From positions 4,128,001 through 4,192,000 of the forward strand of contig OY759316.1 in NCBI GenBank assembly GCA_963662275.1: a DNA stretch of 64,000 nt, given 5' to 3'. Shown one piece after another: positions 36,783 to 45,992 of this stretch (position 1 is its first letter; every line of letters begins with the position of its first letter). The stretch comes from Candidatus Cloacimonadales bacterium (GTDB taxonomy: Bacteria > Cloacimonadota > Cloacimonadia > Cloacimonadales > DAONDQ01). Below the pieces are notes generated by a model that was not told where the DNA came from, made no database searches, and saw nothing but the letters and a program-made list of their open reading frames with translations. The position numbers were made by a program, and so were the translations under genes.

Positions 36783-37889
36783 CTATGCATGATAAAAATT
36801 ACGAATCTCATGTACAACATACTCTTTTTGGTCATCCGTGAGGGCTGCGTCTATTGGAATGGATAATACTTTTCCGGTAGATGCTTCTGAAACTGGAAGA
36901 TCACCTTTCTTGTACCCTAAATCTGCAAAACATTCCTGGAGATGCAATGAAAGTGGATAATAGATCGCATTCCCTATTTCATGCTCATGTAGATGCTTCA
37001 TTAAACCATCACGGTTTTCCGCAGCTAATGTAAACTGATTAAAAATCGAATAAGCTTTCGAGTGAATAACGGGTAACTTTATTTGCTGAATATCGGATAA
37101 ATGCTTGAAATAATACTCCGCATTATGCCTTCTCGCCTCTGACCAGCCCTGCAAATAATCCAGTTTTACGGATAATATTGCTGCCTGGAGTGAATCAAGT
37201 CGACTATTAAGCCCTACCCATTTATGTATATATTTGGGATTCTCACCATGAACTCGAAGTTGGAAAAGCTTTGCTGCCAAGTCATCATTATTTGTGATGC
37301 ACATTCCCCCATCACCCATCGCTCCCAAGTTTTTACTGGGGAAAAATGACAATGTTCCAATATCACCGATGGTTGCTGACATCTTATCGCCAAAATTACT
37401 GCCTATGCCTTGGGCATTATCTTCAATCACAGAGAGATGATGTTTCTTGGCAATCTCCATGATTGCATCCATATCCGCCGGTTGACCAAACAGATGGACA
37501 GGCATGATTGCTTTCGTATTTGAAGTTATCGCAGCTTCGATAAGTGTAGCATCTATATTGTAAGTATTTGGATTAATATCCACAAATACTGGCTTGGCAT
37601 TACAACGATGAATGGAACCAGCGGTCGCAAAGAACGTGAAAGGAGTCGTGATCACTTCATCTCCTTCCCCTATCCCGAGAGCTTTGATTGCTAGAATTAA
37701 AGCATCCGTTCCAGAGGCGCAACCTATTGCATGTTTCGCTCCATGATAAGCAGCCATTTTGTTTTCAAAAGCTTTCACCTGCGGACCTAAAATATACTGA
37801 TGAGTATCCAGTACCTGATTTATCTCTTGTTTGATTTTTTCAAGTATCGGTATGTATTGCGCATGTAAATCCAATAATGGAACTTTCAT
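36783..37889 (-). CDS. DegT/DnrJ/EryC1/StrS aminotransferase (WbpE-like)
   Basis: SGTDAL, PVHLFGQ, EDNAQ, SFFPSKNLG, NSRLD. Confidence 0.92.
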   Translation of the reverse strand: MKVPLLDLHAQYIPILEKIKQEINQVLDTHQYILGPQVKAFENKMAAYHGAKHAIGCASGTDALILAIKALGIGEGDEVITTPFTFFATAGSIHRCNAKPVFVDINPNTYNIDATLIEAAITSNTKAIMPVHLFGQPADMDAIMEIAKKHHLSVIEDNAQGIGSNFGDKMSATIGDIGTLSFFPSKNLGAMGDGGMCITNNDDLAAKLFQLRVHGENPKYIHKWVGLNSRLDSLQAAILSVKLDYLQGWSEARRHNAEYYFKHLSDIQQIKLPVIHSKAYSIFNQFTLAAENRDGLMKHLHEHEIGNAIYYPLSLHLQECFADLGYKKGDLPVSEASTGKVLSIPIDAALTDDQKEYVVHEIRNFYHA

Positions 37890-37941
37890 TTGTTCTCCTC
37901 TCGATCTAGCCTGGGTTAACCTGATGACCTTGATTTATTTA

Positions 37942-39375
37942 TTATTTAGTTAAACTCTGAACAGCAAACAGGATCGTAACGATTTGGGAAGTGATCAGTA
38001 ATGTTTCCTTGAATAAATCCCAGTTGGTTCTGTCAGATTTTGAGGGAATAAAGATCATATCTCCAGTGTATAATCTCGTGTTCTTATCCGGTTTGATCCA
38101 GTTTCCGGAAAAAGCCCTGATAATACGAATTTTCCCTTTGTCTGCATTCCAATTGTATCCACCTGCTTTATCTATATAACTTGACCAGGTCATTGAAGGT
38201 GACCAGTCGTAAACTCCCGGTGTTTCTACTTGACCTAGTAATGTCACAGTTCTACTGACTTGAGGAACATGGATAATATCATTATCATGCATGAAGATAT
38301 CCAATGTTTTATCCTGCGTTGTCCATAACTTTTCGACATTTGTGGCAATCAGCCCCACAGGTTGCCTAATCTTCATGCGGAGATAGTCTTCATCTGATTT
38401 ATTTGTAACCACGTATTTTTGCAACTGCAGGAAGCTGAAAGCTGGATCATATGCTGATTTACGGATACTATTGAATGCCTGGGCATTACGTAAATCTGCC
38501 TTATCGGTTGGACCACCGCAACGACGTAATAATTCCAACAAAGATATTGAATCCTGTATAGCGTAAGTTCCTGGATATTTGACTTCTCCAGTGACTGAAA
38601 TACTTCTATCCGTGTGATAGTCTGCACGAGTACCAAATTCTATGCGGTCTCCATCCTGGAGCTGAATACTTGAGCCTGGCATCAAGTGGAGCACATCGGA
38701 CTTAGGAATCGTTAGCGTCGTTATTGACCGCCCATCGTCCTGGTAGCGATAAAGATAAACTCGATCCGGATCTGTCTCAGGTTTGATGCCTTGTGCTAAT
38801 TCCAGGATATCTCCTAGAGTCTCTTTTTCACTGATTTCATACTTCCCCGGCTGATATACTGCACCATCAATTGTAACCTGCATCTTGATAGGAAGAAGAA
38901 TGATGACATCCCCATCTTCTAAAAAAGGATTTTGGGATGTGTCACCGAGACGTATAAACCGGAAAACATCGAGGATTGTATCCTTTCCCTTTCTCCTGAG
39001 AATAACCTTCCTTAATGAAGAATCATAATCAAAAAGCAGAATTGATTCAGCGACTTGAACATACTGTTCTTCCTGGTTATTCTTGGCTTTATTGTCAGTT
39101 AAGTTCGCTTGTGCTTTCACTGGTTCATTTTGAGTCATGGTAATCAGGCTGGCTTTATAAATAGCATCAGTTACTCGGTTCATGTTAGTCAGATAGTATG
39201 AACCTGGATTCTTAACCTTACCGGACACAGATACATTGATTGGTATCGCTGCCCCGGAAACTGCATTCAATTTGCTTAGATCAACCTGTGCCAACAAAGT
39301 TGTACTGATGAGGAACAAAATAAAAAGAATGATTCTACATGTTGAATGAAACAATCTGTTATTGAAATCTATCAT
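37942..39375 (-). CDS. SLBB-domain polysaccharide export protein (Wza/KpsD-like)
   Basis: Four V.G.V..PG.Y SLBB repeats, signal peptide, amphipathic C-terminal helix. Confidence 0.85.
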   Translation of the reverse strand: MIDFNNRLFHSTCRIILFILFLISTTLLAQVDLSKLNAVSGAAIPINVSVSGKVKNPGSYYLTNMNRVTDAIYKASLITMTQNEPVKAQANLTDNKAKNNQEEQYVQVAESILLFDYDSSLRKVILRRKGKDTILDVFRFIRLGDTSQNPFLEDGDVIILLPIKMQVTIDGAVYQPGKYEISEKETLGDILELAQGIKPETDPDRVYLYRYQDDGRSITTLTIPKSDVLHLMPGSSIQLQDGDRIEFGTRADYHTDRSISVTGEVKYPGTYAIQDSISLLELLRRCGGPTDKADLRNAQAFNSIRKSAYDPAFSFLQLQKYVVTNKSDEDYLRMKIRQPVGLIATNVEKLWTTQDKTLDIFMHDNDIIHVPQVSRTVTLLGQVETPGVYDWSPSMTWSSYIDKAGGYNWNADKGKIRIIRAFSGNWIKPDKNTRLYTGDMIFIPSKSDRTNWDLFKETLLITSQIVTILFAVQSLTK

Positions 39376-39404
39376 GCAATCCTGCCTGTATCAAATCGTC
39401 CTGG

Positions 39405-40364
39405 TTATTCTTCATAGAAATCGATAATTCTTTTGATAATTGTATTTAAGTTATGTTTAGGTTTATAACCTATGAATTTCTCCAATTTGCTCAAATCCGG
39501 CATCCGACGTCTCATATCTTCAAAACCTTCTTCAAAAGCATCTTCATAAGCCATGTATTCAATTTTTGACTTGCTTTTTGTCATTGTTTTAATTTTTTCG
39601 GCTAATTCAGTAATCGTAATCTCTTCGTTATTTCCAACATTGAATATCTCACCTTCACACTTGGGATCTAACATCAGCTTGATAAAAGCATCAATAACAT
39701 CAGCTACATCAGCAAAACATCTTGATTGTTTTCCATCCCCATAAATAACCAATGGCTGACCTAATAAAGCGCTTTTTACAAATTTCGGAACCACCATCCC
39801 ATATTGACCTGTTTGTCGTGGACCTACCGTATTAAAACAACGGACGATTACCACGGGAAGTTTCTTCTCCCGAAAAAAAGCCAGGGCAAGAAATTCATCC
39901 ACTGCTTTTGAACAACTATAGCCCCACCGACTGATGTATGTAGTACCAAGAAGACGATCATCATCTTCAGAGAAAGGGACTTTTTCGCTTTTCCCATATA
40001 TTTCCGAAGTGGATGTAATCAGTACCTTGCATTTGTATTTGTTTGCCAAATCCAGTACGTTTTCTGTACCAATGATGTTGGTACGAAGTGAAGATAAAGG
40101 ATTTTCTATGATATACTTTACCCCCACTGCTGCAGCCAGATGATAAATTTGTTGCGTTTGTGAGACTAAGTTTTCCAATACTGCTTTATCTAAGATACTT
40201 CCGATAACACAGGTGAAATTCTTGTTTTGCTTCAAATGTTCAATATTTTCTAAACATCCTGTTGATAGGTTATCAATAATTGTTACAATATGTCCATTGT
40301 TTAATAACTTTTCTGCCAGATGTGAGCCTATGAAACCTGCACCACCCGTAATTAACACCTTCAT
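39405..40364 (-). CDS. NAD-dependent nucleotide-sugar epimerase/dehydratase
   Basis: TGGAGFIG, STSEIYG, YSCSK, FNTVGPRQ. Confidence 0.92.
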   Translation of the reverse strand: MKVLITGGAGFIGSHLAEKLLNNGHIVTIIDNLSTGCLENIEHLKQNKNFTCVIGSILDKAVLENLVSQTQQIYHLAAAVGVKYIIENPLSSLRTNIIGTENVLDLANKYKCKVLITSTSEIYGKSEKVPFSEDDDRLLGTTYISRWGYSCSKAVDEFLALAFFREKKLPVVIVRCFNTVGPRQTGQYGMVVPKFVKSALLGQPLVIYGDGKQSRCFADVADVIDAFIKLMLDPKCEGEIFNVGNNEEITITELAEKIKTMTKSKSKIEYMAYEDAFEEGFEDMRRRMPDLSKLEKFIGYKPKHNLNTIIKRIIDFYEE

Positions 40365-40533
40365 TTTTCCACCTTATATTTGGAAAGTTCGAAGTTCGTA
40401 TTCGAAGTTCGAAACAAATCAAAGATTTTTTAGCATAATATCCATGTTTTCTAGAATATAGCTAAGTTTCGTAAACTGCTTTTTTGTCAATGGAATTATC
40501 TGCACGAAGTTCGAAGTTCGAACTTCGAAGTAC

Positions 40534-40634
40534 GAACTTCCCAGAAAACAGGTTTCCGCTACGGGAGATGAAAAAGGGTGGCAAATTCCCTTTTGCCACA
40601 TGCAAAATTGGAGTTTGGCATCCCAGTTTTCATG
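40534..40634 (-). repeat. Family B repeat (diverged, different central hairpin)
   Basis: Minus strand: CATGAAAACTGGG...GTGGCAAAAGGGAATTTGCCAC...TTTCATCTCCCGTAGCGGAAA...CTGGGAAGTTC. Confidence 0.55.
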
Positions 40635-40639
40635 TGAAG

Positions 40640-40828
40640 TCAATAATTTGAAATGATATCCGCTGTTGATTTTCCTCTTCTTGCAGATCTATAATTTGCT
40701 CTAACGGATGTCGAACAACGAATAAGTTGCTTAGTAATGATTAAAGATTCTTGAGTTTTAGGTAATGTAAAACTGTATTTTACTACATCGATTGCTATTC
40801 ATTTAGTCCTATCTCATAAAGCATACAT
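40640..40828 (-). pseudogene. Four-helix-bundle protein (TIGR02436 / 23S rRNA-IVP / Avd-like), decayed
   Basis: GGAGG then MYAL*DRTK*IAIDVVKYSFTLPKTQESLIITKQLIRCSTSVRANYRSARRGKSTADIISNY*; resembles family motif KQL.RS.TSVGANY. Confidence 0.82.
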
Positions 40829-40937
40829 ACGACCCTCCATAATTCATTAAATTATCATATTCTAAATGTGAACTCTTACTCTGAAGCCTCTTTCTTCACT
40901 TCTACTTCGTACTTCGAACTTCACACTTCGTACTTCT

Positions 40938-41387
40938 CTAGAGCCTTCTCTTCAAATCCTGGAAAATATTAGCAAAAGTAGAAACTACAGCAATTCCTAT
41001 AGATATTGTCCCCGCTATCAGCAATGCCTGCATCGACAATCTCATCGCTTTCATGAAATTTCCCTGCACATATTGAGACATGGCATAATAGATTACACTT
41101 CCGGGAACAAGGGGAATAATTCCACATACAACGAAGACCGTAATTGGTACTCTGAATATTCTTCCCAAAACTTCTGAATAAATAGCAACAATCAGTGCTC
41201 CGATGAATGTAGAGAGAAGTAATGCATGAGTTTGATGGAGAACATAGAGGTAGCACCCCCAGCTTACAGCACCACCCAAACTGGTAAATAATAATTTCCA
41301 CCCTCGAATATTACTTCCTATGGCAAAGCCAAATGTACCCATCGTAGCAAAAAGTGTTTGGAGGAGGAATTTGGTTTCAAACATCAT
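40938..41387 (-). CDS. Threonine/serine exporter family, ThrE_2 subunit
   Basis: GIIPLVPG motif, multiple TM segments, TAATG overlap with the upstream gene. Confidence 0.88.
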   Translation of the reverse strand: MMFETKFLLQTLFATMGTFGFAIGSNIRGWKLLFTSLGGAVSWGCYLYVLHQTHALLLSTFIGALIVAIYSEVLGRIFRVPITVFVVCGIIPLVPGSVIYYAMSQYVQGNFMKAMRLSMQALLIAGTISIGIAVVSTFANIFQDLKRRL

Positions 41388-42157
41388 TAATACCAGAGAT
41401 ACCAAAGCTTGAGCATCGAACCTGTTCCGGCTGCAATGGCAATGGCTATGAAAAAGGCTTCTGTCATCCTGGCAGTTCCTGAGACAAGATCCCCTGCCAT
41501 CGTATCCCTGATCGCATTCGTGATGGCAAGACCCGGAACAAGAAGCATGATAGAACCTATGACAATCTTATCTGTCTGTAAATCATGAAAATAGGTACCG
41601 GCAAACCGGGCAATAAATACAGCCAGTGCCCCACAAACAGCATTGATTAAAAATATGTTAAAATGCAATCTATACAAAGAACGATTGAAAAGAATAATGA
41701 AAATTCCCGTTATAAAGGCAACACAAAAGTCCATCCAGTTTCCACCAAAAAGTAAAGCATAAAAACTGGCTGAGACTCCTCCAAATAATAACTGTATTGA
41801 CAAAGGATATACCTTTTTAAGCGCTAAAACGTGCATTTCCTGCTCATATTGCTCTGGGGTAAGACTACGTGTCTTAATATCATTGCAAAGCTTGCTCATA
41901 CGCGCTATTTTATCCAAATCTACGGTCCTGGATGAAATGCGTTTGATACTCGTCGCCACATGCTCCTGATTATCCCACACTGAGATAAAAATACCTGTGG
42001 GAGTAACAAAACTCTCTACTGTCTCATAACCAAATTGCTTACAGACTTTCTGAATAATATTCTCTACACGGTGGGTCTCACCACCGCTTTGTAAAACAAT
42101 TTGCGCTGTTTCTGTGGCTAACTCAGCCATCTTATGGAGTCCAATCGTTTTTGACAT
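41387..42157 (-). CDS. Threonine/serine exporter ThrE family
   Basis: GGETHRVE, VTPTGI, LVPGLAITNAIRD..GDLVSG. Confidence 0.9.
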   Translation of the reverse strand: MSKTIGLHKMAELATETAQIVLQSGGETHRVENIIQKVCKQFGYETVESFVTPTGIFISVWDNQEHVATSIKRISSRTVDLDKIARMSKLCNDIKTRSLTPEQYEQEMHVLALKKVYPLSIQLLFGGVSASFYALLFGGNWMDFCVAFITGIFIILFNRSLYRLHFNIFLINAVCGALAVFIARFAGTYFHDLQTDKIVIGSIMLLVPGLAITNAIRDTMAGDLVSGTARMTEAFFIAIAIAAGTGSMLKLWYLWY

Positions 42158-42413
42158 ACTGCAATTCGCATGAAGATGACAGAAATGTCAAGGAAGAAGC
42201 TGTAATCCTATAACAACCACTTCAGCGGATTCTTATTTTCCGTACAAATTCTTCATACCACCGAAATCATACCCCTAAATATATACTTCGTTAAAACCAG
42301 GTTCAAACAAATTCTAATGCTATATCATACCAATTTCTCGAAACAGGAATGAAACAGGTATGAACTTGGTATAATATACGTGGAATAATAGTAAATATGG
42401 AAGCTAAGAGCCG

Positions 42414-42531
42414 GTTCATTGAGTGATTTCGACTAAGGAGAAATTGTATCGAAATGACCCAATGTGACCTTATAAGGTTGTGCAATGTCGTCTCCTCGAT
42501 ACAAACAGATAAATCTGTTCACTCGGAGAAC
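42414..42531 (-). mobile_element. 118-bp gene-less family A mini-element, nested in a family B repeat
   Basis: Both ends of the GIY-YIG locus joined by a 35-bp spacer; about 5 mismatches to 55449-55566. Confidence 0.65.
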
Positions 42532-42584
42532 TCAGCTTTCATCCTCGGTAGCGAAAACTGATTTTCAGTGAACTTTAAACTAAT

Positions 42585-42612
42585 AAAAAACGCCGGTTTT
42601 CACCGGCGTTTT
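42585..42612 (-). terminator. Intrinsic terminator
   Basis: AAAAAACGCCGG-ttttca-CCGGCGTTTT downstream of the 1044-aa gene. Confidence 0.8.
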
Positions 42613-42632
42613 ATATTATAGGTTATTTAGAG

Positions 42633-45600
42633 TTATTTAACAGCAATCACTCTGTAGAAGCGAAGGCCATAAGAATCTGCATCACCAGTGGCTTCATAGG
42701 TAGTTGCACCAGTAAATTCACCAGTAGTAAGTACAGAATAAGTACCATTTGGAGCATCTGCATATTCAACGATATAGCTGGTAGCACCAGTTACCGCAGC
42801 CCAAGTAAGGATAACGTTATTTCCGCTAACTTCAACGCCTACAGCGATTGGTGCAGAAGTTGAAATATCAGCAAGACTGCGTGGTACAAATTGGGAAGTT
42901 GTTGTATACTGCAGACAGATACCAGTGTAGTTTCTCGCATCGGTAGGTGTGGCAGTTGTGATATAATCAAGATCAGAATAGGCTGTGCGTATTAAGCCTG
43001 TTCCGGTCGGATCAGTGATCGTGATGTTTGCTCCACTTGTAAATGTGGTTACTAATGGATCGATTTCGACATTTTTAATGCGGATAAGCTGTGCCTGGTA
43101 TGTAGTATTTAAACCGGCAAGTGTCACATCGACTGGAGTGGGCACATAGCCTGATGTATTTGTAGCAGTACCGGCATCAGCAGTAGGTTTCAGTTCTATC
43201 ATACCGTAATAATTGGTTAATGTTCCAAGAATTCCGGTGATTCCATTACCAATAGAATAAGTGGTTGTCATTTTTGCAGGAGCTGCATCATAAATCTGAA
43301 TCGCTCCAGTTGCATCCTGGATATACTTGTTTTTTGATAAACTAGTAGTCCCAGTGGTTGACTGAAGTGTCAAAATGGCTTCACTTGTCAATCTGTAAAG
43401 TGTTGTACCGTCATTGGATAACCCGTTGTAAGCAGGTGCAGCCGCACGTAAAGCTGCGATGCTGGCAACATTGATGGGGAATGTATAAGTTGCAGTTGCA
43501 ACATCACTACTTGTCCAAGTTGCTCTATAGGCAATTGCTTTGATCGTAGTTGTCGAACTGACATTAATTGGTGTCCCTGTGTACAAGGTTCCAATCGTTT
43601 CTGTCGGTGAGGTTACACCATCAGTCGTATAACGTATAGACGAACTGGGTGTTAAGCAACTTAGTGTTACGTTTTCTGAGGCAGAATAATAAATACCTGG
43701 TGCCGGATCAAAGGTCGGTAAGGACACAATCGTGAGAGCACGTCCGGTGATTGAAACATCATCAATACCGAGACCCTGGACATAGGTGGTGGTAGTTCCG
43801 GTAACAACTGAATAGTTCCAGGCAAGATACAGTGCAGAAGATGCAGGTACCGTAACACCTAGTGTGCCGGATACAGGAATTGTGGCACCTGGAGCTGAGA
43901 CATAACCATAAGTGGTATCATCGGCAGCAGGCCAGGAGGCAAGGAAATCCGTTCCAGCATCGTTCCAGGATGTACCATTCAATGAATAGTACATTTGGAT
44001 TCTGCTACCAGCACTATTGATTCCCTTTCTATACTTTTCAGCATTGAAAGAAATGTCAAATGCGGTTATTGCAGAAGCACCAGTGTTCGTTAACATGGCA
44101 TATATATTGCCACTTTTAGTTGCACTACCGGATGAGACAAAACCTAAAGCACGGTCAGTTGCCGTAGCCGCGTCACCGGCACCATAGTTATATATGCCGT
44201 TTTGCGCAGAAGAACTCATCAGGTTACCCGCTCTTAATTCAGTAGCAGAAACAGCAGCGCTATACGTACCTACCGTACGGACAGTGGTGTTTTTATCCAC
44301 TTTCCAACCAGATCCTAGAGTCGCAATTGCAGCAACGCCAATGGCATTAAAGTTTTCAGTAATAGTAGAACCTACTTCAATATTCATTGGTGAACTGGTT
44401 CCTGTACCATAAACATTAAGGTTTGTCGTCACACTATTTGCAGTATGAGAGACAAGTCCGTCATTCGTTCCATAACCCAGGGGTTTGAACTGAACATATA
44501 GCAGACCATCATATGTAGGTGGGACTTTGAATGTAGAAACCCAAGGTCCGGTGGTAAGTTTAGATATTTCATAACCTGTTGGTGCAGTCACGGTAATACT
44601 GTCTGTTAAACTGGCTCCTGTGAGAGTATATGACTGGTAGGAAGAAGTTGTACCAGCAGGTGTGGAAAAAGTACGTGACGTTGGATTAACAGTAATGGTC
44701 GCTGCAGTTGTCGCTGTACCATATACTGGGAGATCAACTTCTGCTGCACCTCCTGCAACATTGGTAACAAGACGATTTTCGGTTCCAGGTGCGACAGGGT
44801 TGTAACGTACAGAAATCGCTTGTGTGCCGGGAGGAGTTACATCGACCGAATCAGCCCAAGTTGAAGATTCTGAATATTTCACTTGGTAATGTAGAGGAGC
44901 TTTAATCCGAATATCCGTTGTAAAAGTCCCTGTACTTGTTACTTCATAATCTTGTCCAGCCGAAGGTGTACCACTCGGTGTTGAGAAAGTCAATGAAGCT
45001 TTGTTGAGTTCAATCAAACCGGTAAAACTGGAAGGGTAAACATCGTTCCAGGCTGTACCTACTTTGATTGCATCAATAATACAAGGAGGTGTATTAGAAC
45101 CTTGACGCAAAAAGAATGCTGATAGAGTAGTTGCATCAGCACCGGCATCTGTACTTGTCAAAGTAGGAGCTGTCTCTGTTCCCGGTGTGGGAGGGTTGAT
45201 CCATAAATAAGCCACATCATTCGTTGTACTTGCAACGTATGTATATTTCAAAATGAAAAGATAGGTTGTCCCTGTGTCATAGGTTGCAGTTGTATAGACA
45301 GCAGTGCCTGTATATTTAGATAATCCAACCGTATATTTGTTCGTTAATGTTGCATCTCTCTTAAAAAAGATTCTTCCATAGAATGTTGAAGATCCAGTTC
45401 CAAGACTAATTTCATAATCCGCATTTGCATTGGGAAAACTGGATACATTGATAAGAAAAGCAGAATAGACACTACCTGATGTAACTGCTGTAAATGTTTT
45501 GTTGATATCTTGACCGGTTGAAGTGGTTGTTTGGCATTGAAGACCAACACCGGTTGCTGAATAATTTGCGTAAGTCAAGTTACCAGTTGTTGACAACCAA

Positions 45601-45767
45601 GGATTTGTTGTGCCACCACTATGAGTAGTCCAACCATTGATTCCAGAGACAGCAGAACCAGCAGTAAATGTTGGTGTCGCAAAGTCTTCTGTCATCAAAG
45701 ATGTAGCATAGAGGGAACAAAGCCCAGCTACCATTAAAAGGGAAATGAGTAGAATCCATTTTCTCAT
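42633..45767 (-). CDS. Large Thr-rich secreted protein ending in a truncated FN3-like domain (no FlgD-type CTD)
   Basis: Signal peptide; Ig-like repeats; PTFDPAPG..IRYTTDG (FN3-associated); OB-like YIQDATG; ends LTWAAVTGATSY...FYRVIAVK. Confidence 0.85.
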   Translation of the reverse strand: MRKWILLISLLMVAGLCSLYATSLMTEDFATPTFTAGSAVSGINGWTTHSGGTTNPWLSTTGNLTYANYSATGVGLQCQTTTSTGQDINKTFTAVTSGSVYSAFLINVSSFPNANADYEISLGTGSSTFYGRIFFKRDATLTNKYTVGLSKYTGTAVYTTATYDTGTTYLFILKYTYVASTTNDVAYLWINPPTPGTETAPTLTSTDAGADATTLSAFFLRQGSNTPPCIIDAIKVGTAWNDVYPSSFTGLIELNKASLTFSTPSGTPSAGQDYEVTSTGTFTTDIRIKAPLHYQVKYSESSTWADSVDVTPPGTQAISVRYNPVAPGTENRLVTNVAGGAAEVDLPVYGTATTAATITVNPTSRTFSTPAGTTSSYQSYTLTGASLTDSITVTAPTGYEISKLTTGPWVSTFKVPPTYDGLLYVQFKPLGYGTNDGLVSHTANSVTTNLNVYGTGTSSPMNIEVGSTITENFNAIGVAAIATLGSGWKVDKNTTVRTVGTYSAAVSATELRAGNLMSSSAQNGIYNYGAGDAATATDRALGFVSSGSATKSGNIYAMLTNTGASAITAFDISFNAEKYRKGINSAGSRIQMYYSLNGTSWNDAGTDFLASWPAADDTTYGYVSAPGATIPVSGTLGVTVPASSALYLAWNYSVVTGTTTTYVQGLGIDDVSITGRALTIVSLPTFDPAPGIYYSASENVTLSCLTPSSSIRYTTDGVTSPTETIGTLYTGTPINVSSTTTIKAIAYRATWTSSDVATATYTFPINVASIAALRAAAPAYNGLSNDGTTLYRLTSEAILTLQSTTGTTSLSKNKYIQDATGAIQIYDAAPAKMTTTYSIGNGITGILGTLTNYYGMIELKPTADAGTATNTSGYVPTPVDVTLAGLNTTYQAQLIRIKNVEIDPLVTTFTSGANITITDPTGTGLIRTAYSDLDYITTATPTDARNYTGICLQYTTTSQFVPRSLADISTSAPIAVGVEVSGNNVILTWAAVTGATSYIVEYADAPNGTYSVLTTGEFTGATTYEATGDADSYGLRFYRVIAVK

Positions 45768-45942
45768 ATGAATCTCCTTTTGCGATCTTTGTTAAAGATC
45801 ATTACATAATTATTATCTAAGAAATCAAAATCATCGATTCTAATTTTGATGATTACATGAAGTAGGAAGGGATTAAGATTCGTGCTCAATGAATCTGTTA
45901 TGGGATAATCAACCCAACCTCTTCACACACTATACATTTGGG

Positions 45943-45977
45943 AAAAAATAGCGGGAGCATCAATTGATGCACCCGCA
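45943..45977 (-). terminator. Intrinsic terminator
   Basis: GCGGG(A/T)GCATCAATTGATGC..CCGC hairpin with U-tract on the minus strand. Confidence 0.7.
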
Positions 45978-45992
45978 TAATAATCTGAAAAG

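Noticed and set aside
40640..40828. Diversity-generating retroelement (Avd-like gene plus near-identical repeats)
   Set aside because: No reverse transcriptase in the window, and differences between the duplicated CTDs are not adenine-specific.
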